This document shows, in pieces, positions 22,831 through 36,200 of a stretch of 64,000 bases of DNA. Source of the stretch: Lama glama (taxonomy: Eukaryota); contig CM052851.1 in assembly GCA_028534125.1 (NCBI GenBank), positions 38,936,001-39,000,000 on the forward strand, given 5' to 3'. The notes under the pieces are model-generated. The model did not search any database. It saw only the letters and a list, made by a program, of their open reading frames with translations, and had not been told where the DNA came from. Every line of letters starts with the position of its first letter. Positions within the stretch are counted from its first letter, which is position 1. Both the position numbers and the translations under genes were made by a program.

Positions 22831-25800
22831 GTTCTATATAACGTAAGATACACTTGATACACACTTGAAGGATGGCCCCTCTCTCTTCTGGAAAGTCACT
22901 TGGCCTCTCTATTCTGGTTTCCACATTTATAAAGTGTCTTCTTTTTTGCATTTATAAATAAAGTGAGAAAAACCTTTTAAACTTCAACATGTTAAGGGAA
23001 GGAAACAGTGCTTTCTTTGGGTTGGAAAGTATATAGTAAGATTGATGTTCAGTGTAGACTTGGAGCCTCATAAGTGATCCTTCAGAGATGAAGCTTTCCT
23101 TATAGGTCACCTGACTCATGTGTTTTGGAGGAGAGGGATTCCAAGAGACCCTTTGCTTTTCCAGTGTCCCACAGCAGTTATGAAGTCATAGACTTTAGTA
23201 GCTGGGAGAGGGGCTACTGGTTGCCAGGGCTGGTTCCCTCAGCCTGCTGAGTTCTGCTGGGGAAATTTTTTGAGTGAGCAGAGAGGCATTTCTCTGTTTT
23301 GGGTCTGTAAGGCAGGGTTCTAACCGGCAGGAAGAGTTGTTACTCTGAAAGGCCCTTGGGCGCTGGGCGGCTCTTTCAGGCACCTGTGGCTATAGCTTAG
23401 AAGGAAGCAAGCAAGCAACAGGGAGAGGGAATTCCAAGGGCAGAGACACTTGATACGCCGTGGGACTGTGCCAAGGAACCAAACAGCAGGGCAGCGGAGC
23501 CTCTGGGCAAGGGCACCCCAGATCTGTCCTGGGGACTCTGTGAGGCTCGTGGCATCCCAGGTGGGAACACAGGGAGGGGCCGGCACCCCACTAGCACCCC
23601 AGCTTTTGTTGTCGGGCTGGGGAACACCTGCCACCGGGCCCTGGCGTGGTGCCTGGGATGAAGCCCCTGAGGAGCCCTTCAGTAGGAAGATTTTTTTTAA
23701 ACAGAGCCTTTTTCCCCAGGTGAGTCCTGTCACAGCAGCCTCTCCGACCTGAGGGGAAAGCTGTCCACAGCGTAGCTTGGGGCTGCAGCTGTTCCCCACT
23801 CCTTGTCAGTCCAGCTTCCCAGAGCTGAGTCACCAATTGGATCTCTCCATGTTCCTTAAGGATTAAAAAGTAACATTCCTGTTCTCACTCCCTCTCTCCC
23901 TCTCCTCTGCTTCTCTTCCTGCGCACTCTCCCCCTGGACTCCCTCTCTAAAATTAGAATGATCATTTACCCAGGGAGGCTGAGACTGAAATACCTTGTAG
24001 GACAGGCCAGGGCCATCCTCACTTCTGCTGGCTCTGCCGCTGTCTCTGGAATAAAGGGCTTGGGTATACGACTTGGAGGGGCACCCCAGGCCCAGGTATC
24101 ATGGCCACACTGCTGGCCTGGAATTAAGAGAGGCTGTGCTTCATTCCCCACCTGGTCTGACACTGAGAGCTACTTCCAGGGTGGGATGTCTGCTGGGCAC
24201 CTGAGGGAGGTGGGAGGGTCTGAGTCCTGGGCCTTCCAGAGCATCTCCCTGAGACTGAGAGGCTGAGAATGTCCTCCTGTTGCTTTTCTTAGCTGTTACC
24301 TGTCACTGCCCTGGAGACTCCTGATTTCCAGTGTTGGGCCCAAGAGAGTTAGCCGAGCTAGCCACGCAAAGGGAATGTGTGTGGAGCCTGCAGGAGGCCA
24401 GGCAGCAACCCTGCAGGGCTTTGGCTTTCCTCCCTTCTGCGCCACCACCTTCACTTGGGAGAGCAGGCCGTGGGGAGGGGAGGGGAAGCCTGCTGGCAGG
24501 TAATTGAGTTCTTTGAGTTAGAAGAACCATGGGAAGTGTAGAAGGGGCTGGGAGGGCGTGAAAGAAAAAAATGACCATCTGGCATGGTCTGCAGAGATTT
24601 CTCTTTCTGTGGGAAAACTTGCATTAATGAGTGGCTGCTTCTGGGGGTGGGGAGGGAGACTCCGCAGGTCTATTTTATGCTGGGGAGGAGGTGCTATGTG
24701 CACCTGTCCCACTAGGAGGTAGGGTGAAATGCTGGGTACATCTTTCTTAGGGGGACATGCCACGTGATATTGTCTGATAGAAAAAAATCCTAGGGTCTCT
24801 GTTTCCAGCAGTAGGCCCTAGAAAATGTGCCTGTGTGTGTGTGTGAGTGTGTTTGTTGAGGGAAGAGGAGGATGTCATACGAGTCTAGACTACCTTATTG
24901 AAGGATTTCTCCAAAGATCCTTCTCTTGTTTTTTTTGGCTCTGGTAATACTGTTGTTGAGGGGCTGCTGAAATGATCACTATACTCTTCTTTCTCATCTA
25001 AAAACTGCCTGAATGTTAGATTGCACTGTCTCTATAAAGGGTGAATTAGATGTAATCAGGATACGAAGCCTTTTTAACCAAAGCTGACCTATTCCTAAGG
25101 GTTTGTCATGAAACTACCTGTTTCTCAGAGATCCTGACTCTTCTTCTGTGTGACTTGTCACTGAAGGTGTTTGCGTGTGAGCTGGAGATTGACTAACAGG
25201 AAGCATCACAGTGAATGAAGGACTGTTCGAACCTGGGGAGAGTAAGATAAACAGGGTTGGGGGAGATAAGATCTGAAGTAGTAGGGAGACTACTAGAAGG
25301 AGACAGGAGAGAGGCCCTGGACAAGGGGACTGGGGAGAAGGTGGTTCTCAGGGACAGCAGGGGTGAAATAGGGGGAACCTGGGCTGCCCTAGGAGGCCTC
25401 CATGGTTTAGCAGGCTGGCCTGTCCCCAGGGTACTCAAGAAGACAATGTTGTAGAGGGCCTAACAAGCCTTGGGAGGGCAGGGGTGGGTGGGGGTGGCTG
25501 GCACTGGGTTTGAGACCCCTGTTCATTTGCTCTTAGGCTTGGAGGTGTCTCTGGTGCCCATATGTCCTCTTAGTCTGTTTACCCATTAATCAGTGAATAC
25601 AGAGGATCTGGGCCAGGAGGTGGGGAGGATCTAAAAAAAAGTATGAACATGTAAGTTGTCCCATGTGAGCTGTATTAAATGTTGTGTCACAGTTATTTCC
25701 TCCCCAGTGTGAGCCTCTATGTGTGTGACTGAGTAGAAACCTAGACCTACTAACGTTTCAGGTTTTGAGGGTAGGGTTAATGACCATCTCACGCTTTAGG

Positions 25801-26269
25801 CTGGGAAAAAGAAGGAGGGTCCAACTCTTAGACTCTGATTTGTAGCCCTATTTGAATGATGGAAGAGAGCCAGCTGACGGACTGGAAATAGGAGCAGGGC
25901 GAGGGTTCGAGGCTTGGGCTGAAGCTTCTCTGAGAGTGTCAGACGTTGGGGGTAGGGGGTGTGTGTGGGGAGAGTGGAATAGGAAAGGGAAATGGGAAAA
26001 TTGGAAAGAAAACTATAAAGTCAGCTAGTTTCTAGAACTCCTGAGCTTTGTTCGAGGAACTGGATTTTGGTGTGCTCACTTGTGTCTTGGAACGCAGGCT
26101 CCCTTATGGAGTTCTGACAGTTGAGTTTTATAGTTTGCTTTTAAGTGAGTTAACCTGTAATGTGTTTGTTCAACCCTTAGTGACTGTTAGATACTCAGTG
26201 AGTGTATGGGGCTGCCTTAGAGCAGCTGTGATGGAACTATTTGCACATAATATGAGAGGATCTTGCATG

Positions 26270-26535
26270 CAGTGTGGAGAAGTGGTTAATAGCTGGACCT
26301 CAGGGGTCTTATTATAAGCCTGGATTTAGAACCGACATTACTGCTTATTAGCTGTGTGACCTAGGTAACTAATCTCTGAGCCTCAGTTTTCTATGAGGCA
26401 TCTGTAAAATGGATATAATGGTAGTACTTAACTTGTTAGAATTGTGGTGAGGATTGAATGAAATGGTAACACACAAAGCTCTCAGCCTGGTACCTGGCAC
26501 ACAGGAAGTGTTCAGTGCTTTCCATTATTATTATC
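26270..26535 (+). repeat. MIR SINE (near full length)
   Basis: tagctgtgtgacctaggtaac...tctctgagcctcagtttt...catctgtaaaatgg...cattattattat. Confidence 0.85.
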
Positions 26536-26939
26536 AACTTAGAGCAGGACTTTGAGGAGAGTAAGGCTGGCGTCTCTTACTCAGGTTAGGGTTTCTATGG
26601 CCAGAAAGTCAAATCAGATTCTTCTTTTAGAAGGAGTGTATGCTTTGCATTTTATTCATCTTTCTGTCAAGACTCCAGGAGAGTCTCTGAGGCGGTCCTT
26701 CCCAGCCCAGCCTCACAGGCTCAGCTTCATCCTCCTGCAGGATCCTTACCCGTCCCAGTCACGGGAGTTTAGAACTGCCTCTTGCCTGCCTCTTTCCTGT
26801 GGGCCAGCCCAGCAGGATCCCTGAGGTCCTCCCTAACCCAGCGTGGGAGGCCCTTACCAAGCTGCTCACAGGCCATCCCAGCATGTCTGACCTCCGCTTC
26901 CGTGAATTTTAATTCTGTGTCCTTCGAGTCCCAGCTTGG

Positions 26940-27360
26940 AGCACAGGCTTTATGGCCGGCTCTGGTGGCTTGCAGTCTGGCTCTTCCTCTTACTGTCTAT
27001 GGACCTCTGGAGAGTTAACCTCTGTAAACCTTCGTGTCTTCATCTGTAAATTGGGAGTAATGTTATCCATCTCAAAGATTTGTTGCCAGGATTAGATGAG
27101 TTAATTTATATAAAGCACTTAGCTTAGTTTCTGGCACGCATATGCTCTCAATAAATGTTTGCTGCTGCTGTTCTTAGAGATCTCTCCCTCCCGTGAATGT
27201 CTCTGCCTGCATTCAGCAGTGGAAAGGACCCTGGCCAGGTAGTAAGCAGATCCAAGCTTTAGTCCTGGCTCTCACTTGACTTGCTGGGTGACCTTGGGGA
27301 AGTAACTTGGCTTCTCTGGGCTTCAGTTTCCTCTTCTAGGAAGTTGGAGGTTTGGACTGG
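26940..27360 (+). repeat. Two tandem MIR SINEs
   Basis: cttcatctgtaaattgggagtaat...ctcaataaatgttt, and gggtgaccttggggaagtaacttggcttctctgggcttcagtttcctc. Confidence 0.8.
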
Positions 27361-27929
27361 GTGTTTTCATTGACATTCTCACTTGACTCTTGAGATGTAT
27401 ATCTTGTATTTCCAACTAGATTCCCTGAGGTTCTATGAAATTAAGGATAATATCTGATAATTTTATTTTCTCAAATTGACTAAGATATATAGTTTATGCT
27501 TAAAAAAATATTTGAATAATTTTTTTAAACCCCATCAGCTGGATTCTAGGAAGCATTTTGGCTTGGTTCTCGTAAATTGGAGACTGGGAATTTGATCTCA
27601 GCTGCATAGGGCCTAGTTGCAACAACCTGCAAAGAGACTGTAGCCCTCAGTAAGCTAGAAGGTCTCCCAGGTCAGTAGGAAAGGAGGTGGCTGGTTTCAC
27701 TTGGTGCCTCTGGGGAAATTTTGGTTGACAGATGTTTGGGGTACTCATTTGTTCTGCTATATAGACTTAGACCTGCTCTGTGAATAAACACTGCCATCAC
27801 TGCTTCCTTCTCTCAGTGAAAGAGCTGGCAGTGTTGTCCAACTGACCCTCCCTCCTTTTGAGCTCGCAGTGAGCCAGTTGTGCTCAAAGACAGGCCTGAG
27901 TGTTAGGGGAAGAGCCATCCAACGGAAGA

Positions 27930-28170
27930 ATGAAGTTTAGAGCCTGGGCTCTGGGGGTCAGGCTGTCGGGGTTCGCATTCTGGCTCTGCCACTTCTCAGC
28001 TCTGTAGCCGTGGGTAAGTGATTTAGCCTTCCATGCTCCGGTTCCTCTTCTGTAAAGTGGAGGTGGTGGCAGTCCTGTTTCCTAGGGTTGGAGTGAGGCG
28101 TAAATGTCAAGTGCTGAGAATAGTACCTCGTATTTGGTGCTTATGAAGTGTGAACAATTATTGTTATATT
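27930..28170 (+). repeat. MIR SINE
   Basis: gagcctgggctctgggg...tggctctgccacttctcagctctgtagccgtgggtaagtgatttagcc...ctgtaaagtgg. Confidence 0.8.
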
Positions 28171-30171
28171 TATGATTCCCTTGTAAGCCAAGCGGAGTGT
28201 GTTTCTGAGTGGCTAGTCTGTCTGGCTTGTTCTGCTGAGAAATGTCAGGCGCTGTCCCCTTCCTCTGTGTCTTGGACAGATATCTAGTATCAGTAGGGCA
28301 GTCCCCTGTCAGTACATGGATCATAGCTCTGTACCTTCTTGTGTAAGGAACTATGTAAACCAGAGGGGATTCTAGGCTGAAAAGATCCTCTCTGACGAGT
28401 GATGAGTGCTATGTGGCCGAGCCCTGTGTGCGAGAGCGAGATGGGAAGCGGGCTGAGGGAGCGCATGCACGCAGGAGCAGAGGAGCTAGGTCCCGACTAG
28501 CAGCCAGTATCTGCATCGGGCAGATGGTTGTGGCTCAGATAGCGCGCTGTGTAAGAAGCTCCTGGCACTTTGTCTTCCAAGAGACATGCTGCCTCCCCAG
28601 CCCCAGGTGAGACTTGCCTCAGCAGTGAACACGGAGGCCAGTCTCAGGAGCGGTGGGTTGGGACGAGGAGGTTCTAACTTGTTCCTCACGAGAACGAGTA
28701 GCACAAGTAGCTTGGTGCATCTTATCTACAAGTGTAATTATAAAGAGATTTCCTTTTCAACTGCAAGAAGCAGGAACATTTGCTGCCAAATTTAGCAGTG
28801 TGTTTTAAGTCCCTCAAATCTCCTTTGAGTGCTACCCAAGCTCTCAGCTTTGCTGTTATCTCTTGTTGAAATAGAGCCTGGGAAGGTCATATCAACAGTG
28901 CCAATTTATGGGCCTGCTGAACCCAGGCAGGCCTCAGGCGGAATGGGGAGTTCCTGGGAGTAGGTGCTTCACAAATTTTCCTTTTGAGTGAGGCTGTTTA
29001 TAATTTAAGGTTCCTCTTGCTTTAGAAGACCAAACTCTGCAGATTACGGTCAAACGTTTTCTTTCTTCTGCGGTTTTACTTCTGTAGGCTCCCACAGGCA
29101 GGAGCCCAGACCCCACAGCAGCTCCCTGTACAGTCAGGAGAAGCTCTTGGTGGCACTTTCAGCTACTAAAACTATGCCTGACACTCCTTGCTGGAGATGG
29201 GTTTCCTTGGCACAGAGTTATACCAGGCTCCCCCACCTCGCTTAGTGTATTAGCCACTTTTGACCTACCCTGTGTTCTGAAGGAGTAATTAAAAGAGGTG
29301 AAGACCACAGGGTGTGGAAACCACACATGGGGCTCTATCCTCATTTGTAGAGGTGGTTAGACCCATTTGTGCATATCCTTTGTCACTTGGCAAATGGGTG
29401 CAAGTAGGGAAGGGAAATTAAAGAACCTGACTGACCCTGACAACTATAAAGAAGTGTGGTATTTGAATTCAAAAGGAGAATACCTGGGATAGCTAAGGTG
29501 AACTTGGCAATGGCTGTGACCTTGGTTTGCAGCCTGTGACTTACCAACTCAGAGGCTGTGTTCAGAGAACTGGGACTTAGAATCTAGAAAGAGAGCACTG
29601 AAGTTTCTTATTTTCTTTGCCTCCCTCTAGCCCCCGATTTACTCAACCCGTTTGGTTTCAGACATAAATGGAAACGCCAGATACACTGCTGTTTTTGAAA
29701 TGGAATGGGCAGCGCCGTCCTCTCTGGGTCCCAGCCTCTCTGGGTTTGAGTCATCACTGCTGCTCAGGATTGGGTTACTGCTCAACTGTGCTGGGAGAGC
29801 CAGCTGTGAGGACACTGATGGGAAGGAGGGCAGTGGGTTTTATTAACTCTGAGTAAGTGCCCAAAGGGAAGTGTCAGGAATCAAGTTAAAAAGAAAACAA
29901 TGAAGAACAACTGGAAAATTTTGTTATATTTAAATCTCATTAAAGGGAAATAGAAAAGCTCCCCCCCCCCTTTCCCATTTCAAAATCCACAACTGTTTGG
30001 TAAACCCAGGTAGGTTTCAAAAGCAATGCCATCCAGATTTCTTTATACCTGAAAAGTACCCAAGGTCGATGTCTACATAGCTTTGCTGGAAGAACTTGAG
30101 CCCTGGGAAGCTATAGTAACTGGAGGAGAAAACCATGGAGTTATGTATATTTTACCACAATAAGAAAAGTT

Positions 30172-30310
30172 GGAGGGGGAAGAGTGTAGCTCAAGTGGTA
30201 GACCACATGCTTAGCATGCAGGAGGTCCTGGGTTCAATCCTCAGTACCTCCTCTAAAAAAATAAAGAAATAAATAAACCTAATTACCTCCCCCACCAAAG
30301 AAAAAAAGAA
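30172..30310 (+). mobile_element. Young tRNA-Ala-derived SINE (camelid vic-1-like)
   Basis: A box TAGCTCAAGTGG (30187-30198), B box GGTTCAATCC (30231-30240), AGC anticodon remnant, A-rich linker, aaacctaattacctcccc tail, and TSD aagaaaagtt (30162-30171 / 30311-30320). Confidence 0.9.
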
Positions 30311-30594
30311 AAGAAAAGTTAGTGAGGAAGTAAGGAAAGCTGTGGAGACTGCAGCATTTGGGCGCCATCCCAGCCCCTGACAGCAGTCAGTGTCAGTTGG
30401 GGAGCTGGGATGATTTTATCTGTTTGTGTTCCCCCAGGGGTTTATTTCTCTTCAGCCTTTGCTCTTTTTAGTGTACAGTCTTTCTCTGAGACCCCATCTT
30501 CTGCTGCCACCAATTAGCCTGGAGAAAGAGGCAGCAGGGTTGGGGTTAGAGGGGTGTCCAACTTTGCCTCTCTTGTTTAGAAACAGTTTTTATT

Positions 30595-31210
30595 TATGTA
30601 TTCATTCAGTACACCTTGACTGAGTATCCATTTCTGTTCTAGGCACCATTCTCTGCGCTGGGGATGGAGAGGTACCTAAGACAGCAAAGTCCTTGTGTCA
30701 TGGAGCTTCAAGGGTAGTGGGGAGCAGTCAGTAAACAAGCAAACAAATCAGTGAATGAGTTAAAGATAGTGATGTGTGCTATGAGGGAAATGATGGTGAA
30801 GTAAAAGAGAGAGAAACAGGAACTTGATAGCTATTTTCAAAAGAGAAGTTAGTGAAGACCTCTCTGAGAAGATGACATTTGAGCTGTAAGGTCAAGGATG
30901 AGAAGAAGCTGTGGATGTGCAGATCTGGGGAAAGCACATTCCTGGAAGAGGGAACAGCAAGGCAAAGCCCACGAGGCAGGGGAGAGCTTGGCATGTTGAA
31001 AGGACAGAAAGAAAGTCATCATTCCTAGCATATAGGGAGCCAGTGGTTGTAGGGGTATGAAATGGTGGGGCTAGTTCAGGTAGAGCCGTTTGCCATGGTA
31101 AGGACTTTGGAAAACCAGTGTGAGGGATACATGTTCTAGGTCTGTGGCATGACGAGGGGTAAGGTGGTACAATTTGAGAGGGATGGTTGGCTGAGAAAGA
31201 CACTGAATTT
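30595..31210 (-). mobile_element. L2 LINE 3' portion
   Basis: tattcattcag...gagtatccatttctgttctaggcacc...gacatttgagctg...cattcctggaagagggaacagcaaggcaaagccc. Confidence 0.85.
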
Positions 31211-31384
31211 GATTAAGAAGAATCCTGAAAAAAAATATGGGGAAATAGAAAGGATCTGCAGTGCGAAGAGGCACGTAGCTAATTAGCAAAAGAAAGCTGG
31301 ATAAATACAGTTCAGTTCTGCACAGTTCTTGGCATCAAGCAATATGTGTTTTTAAAAATTCCTGTAGATTTTAGATTTGTGGTA

Positions 31385-31580
31385 CATAATTAATAGAATG
31401 CTAGCTCTATTTCAGGCGTTGTGTTGTACTGGGTGTTTCCAGTTACATCATTTTAGCAAATTCTCTGTGTAAATGTGTTGATGTTCTGATGTCTACAGGT
31501 GAGGAACTCAGAGCAGCTAACTTACTTAAAATCCAAATCTAAGTGTGTATGATTCCGGAGGATGTGCTCTTTCTCAGTCC
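31385..31580 (-). repeat. MIR fragment
   Basis: tacaggtgaggaactcagag...aatccaaatctaag. Confidence 0.5.
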
Positions 31581-32829
31581 CTCCTCTGGTTGATGTGCCT
31601 CTTCATTACCTAGTTAATGAGCATTTTTCCCCCTGAATTGTTATGTGGTGTTTACCATCATGTTCTCTTGTCTATCCATTGGAAGCTAGGATAGCTTTTG
31701 GATGTTTGTGGAGTTGAATTAGTTTTTTTCGTCTTTTTCTGAAAGGTACCTGGTTAAATATTGGGAATACCAATCCATATCAAAAACTGGGGAGAACAGG
31801 ATGTGTGGCAAGACTTGGAAACAGATATTCTGAATCACCTCTCCTTTTCTGGGTAGGAGGAGTGATGGTCTTACTCATCAATACTTGACAAGAGTTTAAT
31901 TAGATGTCTTACATTACGATTTCCTCCTATTTTGTAGTAAGAAGATGGAGTTTGTTTTTGGTAGTTTGTTAGTAAACTACCACTTGTAAGTAAACTTATT
32001 TTCTAGTTTACAGGTTTCTTTTAGAGTCTCCAAGTTTATTGGAAATGTTTGAAGAAAGAAATTTATCAGGCCACAACTTCCACTTGCTGGAAATTGAACA
32101 TTGACTACTTTCTATTGGTGGATACTTCTTTTTTGAGGGACCGTTCCTGTTTGGATTCTGTAAATCAAGGGTCAGGATTCTTCTGAAAGAGCAGTGTATG
32201 GGGTGTTTATAAACCTTCAGTCCTCAGCGTTCATGAGACCTGTGTTCAGCCTAGTCAGCAGGCTAGATAGACTAGTTTGTGAAGGGCAGAGCAAGATGCG
32301 TTGAATTTCAGATTTAACATAGATTCCTGACACACAGAGGAATTTTTTTGTAAGTAATGGGATTCAGCTTTCCTGTCTCCCCTGTCCCTGTTTTAGTAAC
32401 TCTTTGTCTCTGAAGGAAAAAGATCTGTAGTTAGGAAGCACTCTTTTTGAGGGTGCTTTTATCTCCAGCACCAGTTCACTGAGCCCGCGGTCACCTACCG
32501 TGAGCAGAGACACCCAGATGAGCAGGGGGATGGGGCTGGAAAGACTGATTGAGGTCAGTGTTTGAAGTGTTTGACCCCTCTAGGAATTGTGCAATTGTTG
32601 TTCTTCTGAAAGCAGGAATGGAACACAATTGGATTTAGTCAGTAAAAAAGAAACCTGTAAGACCATGTGGAAGACAGAGCTGGAGGAAGAAACGTGTCTG
32701 TCTTACCGAGTGTAACCAGAGAAGTAATATTCTAGTCCCTCAAAATTCATTTAAAGCAGACTATAAGGGAAGTCGAGGGGTGGGGAGGGAGGGCTGAACT
32801 CCAGTCTTGAGCTCTCTAGGGCCATAGAG

Positions 32830-32975
32830 CAGTGGGTTTCAGACTTGAGCCTGCCCCAAACTCACCAGGAAAGCTTGTTTTCCAGTCCACTAGGTCGGAA
32901 GTGGGGCCTGAGAGTTTGCGTTTTTTACAAGTTTCTAAGTTGCTTGCTGCTGCTGATTGGGAACCATGGCTTAAC
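32830..32975 (+). mobile_element. MER5A-like hAT MITE
   Basis: cagtgggtttcagacttgagcctgc...gtggggcctgagagtttgcgttttttacaagtttc. Confidence 0.7.
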
Positions 32976-34429
32976 AGGCTCAACAGCTGAGATTCACGTA
33001 AGGGTGTGAGGGCCAGATGTTAACTGGTGTGCCTTCCTTCGTTAACTTAGAACTTCATGTCTGCACTTTAGAATCTCTTGGGGGGCTTACCCCGTAACAT
33101 CAGCAAAGCCTGGTCCAGGTTCGTGCCCTCAGGCCTAGGGGTCTTCTCACAGTATCCCTGCTACTTCCACTTGAGGTTTCCAACTGTGTGCTTGTCTCCA
33201 AACAGCTGTTGACTGGTTTTTTGGAAGATGCCCATCCCTGGCACGTGATTCTGTTAGGATAGGTGACTTTTATGCCGGGATAAACTCTCCCTGGCCCTTC
33301 AGCACAGCCTTCTGGTTGGCAGGACTGTTTCAGGGGCTGCAGGCAGGCTCAGCTTCAAGCGTGTTCCATTGATTAGCCAAGTTTACATGCCTGGGAGATT
33401 ATCTCTTTACCCCAGGAATTGAATTTCAAGGACAAAGTCCACAGTTGGCAACTGATGTGCCAAGAACACCTGGAAGGGAGGATTCCACTTGGTTTTCACT
33501 TAGCCAGGCCTCAGTGCCTCTTCCCACAGAGGTCAAGTTTTCTACTTGTCTTGCGCCCAAGCAGGTAACTTTGGGGTGGTTCTCCCAGAACAGCATGGCT
33601 CCAGGCCCTGCCCCTTGCCATCTACTTCAGGACCTGTGGCTTCAGGTGAGACACTAGACTTAGTCAGTACAAGCTGCCCTCTCTTCCGTGGAGTTCTCAC
33701 TTCTTGAATCCTTGTCTGTGCTTGCTTCTGCCCTTGAGGGTGGATCTTCATTTCTCCTGCATGATCAGTTACTCTTAGATTTTTCCTAAGGCTCTCCGTT
33801 TCTTAGCTTCCCTTGTTAGTTCAGCACAGTCAGAATTCTGTCTCAGTAGGGGAAGGGATATTAAAGGTTACCTGGTTTACTTCTGCTCAACCTTTTTCAT
33901 ATCCCTGCACACACAGAAAATGATGATTTTTGTAAGGCAAACTGGGATAAAAGGAGGAGGCTGCTGGTAGCTCTGAACCCTGGTGCTGTCCCAGGAGTTG
34001 AAGGAGTTAGTGTCTGCACCCGTTCTTGGGTGTAGCTGTAACCCATTCTTGGCATACTGATTGAGAGCTCTGATCTAATCCTAGGTGCATTAAGAGTTGA
34101 GAGGTGAGAAAACTGAGCATTCAAAGGTGTCAGAGTTCGGACTGGGAAACAGATCTTTTCATAGCATAAGAACTGAGATGTGTTACAATTTCAGATTAGC
34201 AAGCATGCACGAAACTGTCTCAGGCTAATTTTTGTTTAAGCTTTTTTTTGATAACAAAAGCAATACATTTGTTCTAAAAACTCTTACAAAATGGAAACAT
34301 GCATAAGTCAGACTATGAACGTATCCTATAAACACATACCTCAGAAATGTAATCATTGTTAATAGTTGGGTAACAATGAATTTTTTCTACATTTGTATAT
34401 ACATTTATTTTTTATAAAAATGATTATAC

Positions 34430-35105
34430 TCTAATTAAAAACTGGAAAATAGAAAGTGTTGGTGACATTGTGGAGAAATTTAGAACCCTTATATATTGCT
34501 GGTGGGGATGTAAATAGTGCAGTTGTCATGGAATTGAATTCTTTTGGTTTCTCAAAAAGCTAAAACTTACCATATGACCCAGCAATTCCACTCCTAGGTA
34601 TAAACCCAAAAGAATGGAAAACAGGGACTCAGGTCCTTTATACCAGTGTTCATAACAGCATAATTCACTGTAGCCAAAAGATGGAAATAACTCAAGTGTT
34701 CAGTCACAGATGAATGAATAAACAAAATGTGGTGTGTACATACAATGGAATATTATTCAGCCATAAAAGGTGTGAAATTCTTACACAACATGGCTGAAAC
34801 TTGAAAACATGCTAAGTGAAATAAATCAGGCATAAAAGGACAAATATTTTATGATTCCACTTACATGAAATATCTATAATAGGCAAAATTCACAGAGACA
34901 GAAAGTCGGATTAGAGGTTACCAGGAGCTTGGGGAGAGGGGAGAACTGGGACCTGTTGCTTAATGGTCACAGTGTGTCTGGGATCGTGAGTTTTGAAAAT
35001 AGTGGTGATGGTTGCACAACATTGTGAGTGTAATTAATCTACTGAATTTTAAACTTGAAAGTGCTTAAAGTGGCAAATTTTATATATATTTCAATATAGT
35101 AAAAA
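34430..35105 (+). mobile_element. L1MB-type 3' end (ORF2 C-terminus remnant plus 3'UTR) inserted in an older L1ME
   Basis: ttaccatatgacccagcaattccactcctaggtataaacccaaaagaa...gatgaatgaataaacaaaatgtgg...gtggtgatggttgcacaacattgtg. Confidence 0.9.
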
Positions 35106-35109
35106 ATGC

Positions 35110-36200
35110 TTGAAATTTTCTCACTTGGTAATTTACCTAGGCTATTGTTCATGTCAATACGTTTTAGCAGCAGTGCTGTGTTTCTTGAGGTAGATGTATC
35201 ATAATTTATTTAACCAAGCCTCTAATGAAGGACATTTGAGTTCTTTCCAGTTTTTCCTATTATTATCAGTGCTTCAATAAATAGCAGCAGACAGCTATCT
35301 TTTCCCAGTTGCTCTAGAACTTGTATTACCTTAGGCAAAATTCCTGGAAGGGCAGATTTGCTAATCAAAGGTTATGCTCATTTAAAATGTTAATAAATAT
35401 TGCCAAATTGCTTTCCAAAGAGATTTCATCAATTTAGTTCTCACCAACAGTATATTATGGTGCCTGTTTCCACCACACCTTTGCCAACATGGGTGTTATA
35501 GAGTGTTTTAGTCTTTGCCAATCTGATAGGTGAAAGAGGATTTCTTACTGTCGCTTTATTTAGAATTTAGTTATTAGTGAAATTGAATACCTTTTATGTT
35601 CACTGGCAGTTGTGCTTATTCATATGTGAACTTTCTGTTCAAATACTTTGTTCACTTTTCCATTTGGTCATAATTTTTCCCTGTGGATGTGTAAGAGCTT
35701 TTACATACATACTACAGTAGAGCTCTTTGCCGTAGGTGTCGCTGGTTTTTGTTTCCCTTGGCTTGTTTGATTTTAATTTTTGACTTTGTGCTAATTATTT
35801 GCCTTTCACATGTTTTAAATTTTTATGTAGGTAAATGTATGATATTTTCCTTCATAACTTTTTCCCCCCTTCATGACTTTTGAGTTGAATTTTGTGTCAT
35901 GCTTTGAAAATTTTTCTTCACTCATTAGAATTATAAAAATAATTCATTCATGTTTTTCCTAGTGTTTTTATCATTCTAATTCTTACAATTCAACTATAAT
36001 TAAGTTTGTAGTAAGAAGTGAAGTAGGAATTAAATTTTATTGATAAAAAACCTAAAATAACCTTTTTTTCCAAATTATGTCTGCTTTTTATATAAAATTT
36101 GTAAACTTCTGTTCACTTAGTGTTTTTAGTGAATAAGGCTACCTATATTCAAATTTTTATAATATTTCACATAACCATTAAAAACATATTCTGTAACATT
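35110..36200 (-). mobile_element. Ancient L1ME fragment (left part at about 34240-34430)
   Basis: ggacatttgagttctttccagtttt...tattgccaaattgctttccaaag...tttgccaatctgataggtgaaa. Confidence 0.75.

Noticed and set aside
30172-30255. Possible tRNA-Ala gene
   Set aside because: Mismatched stems, SINE-specific tail, A-rich end and TSD show it is a SINE; the same applies to 57466-57604.
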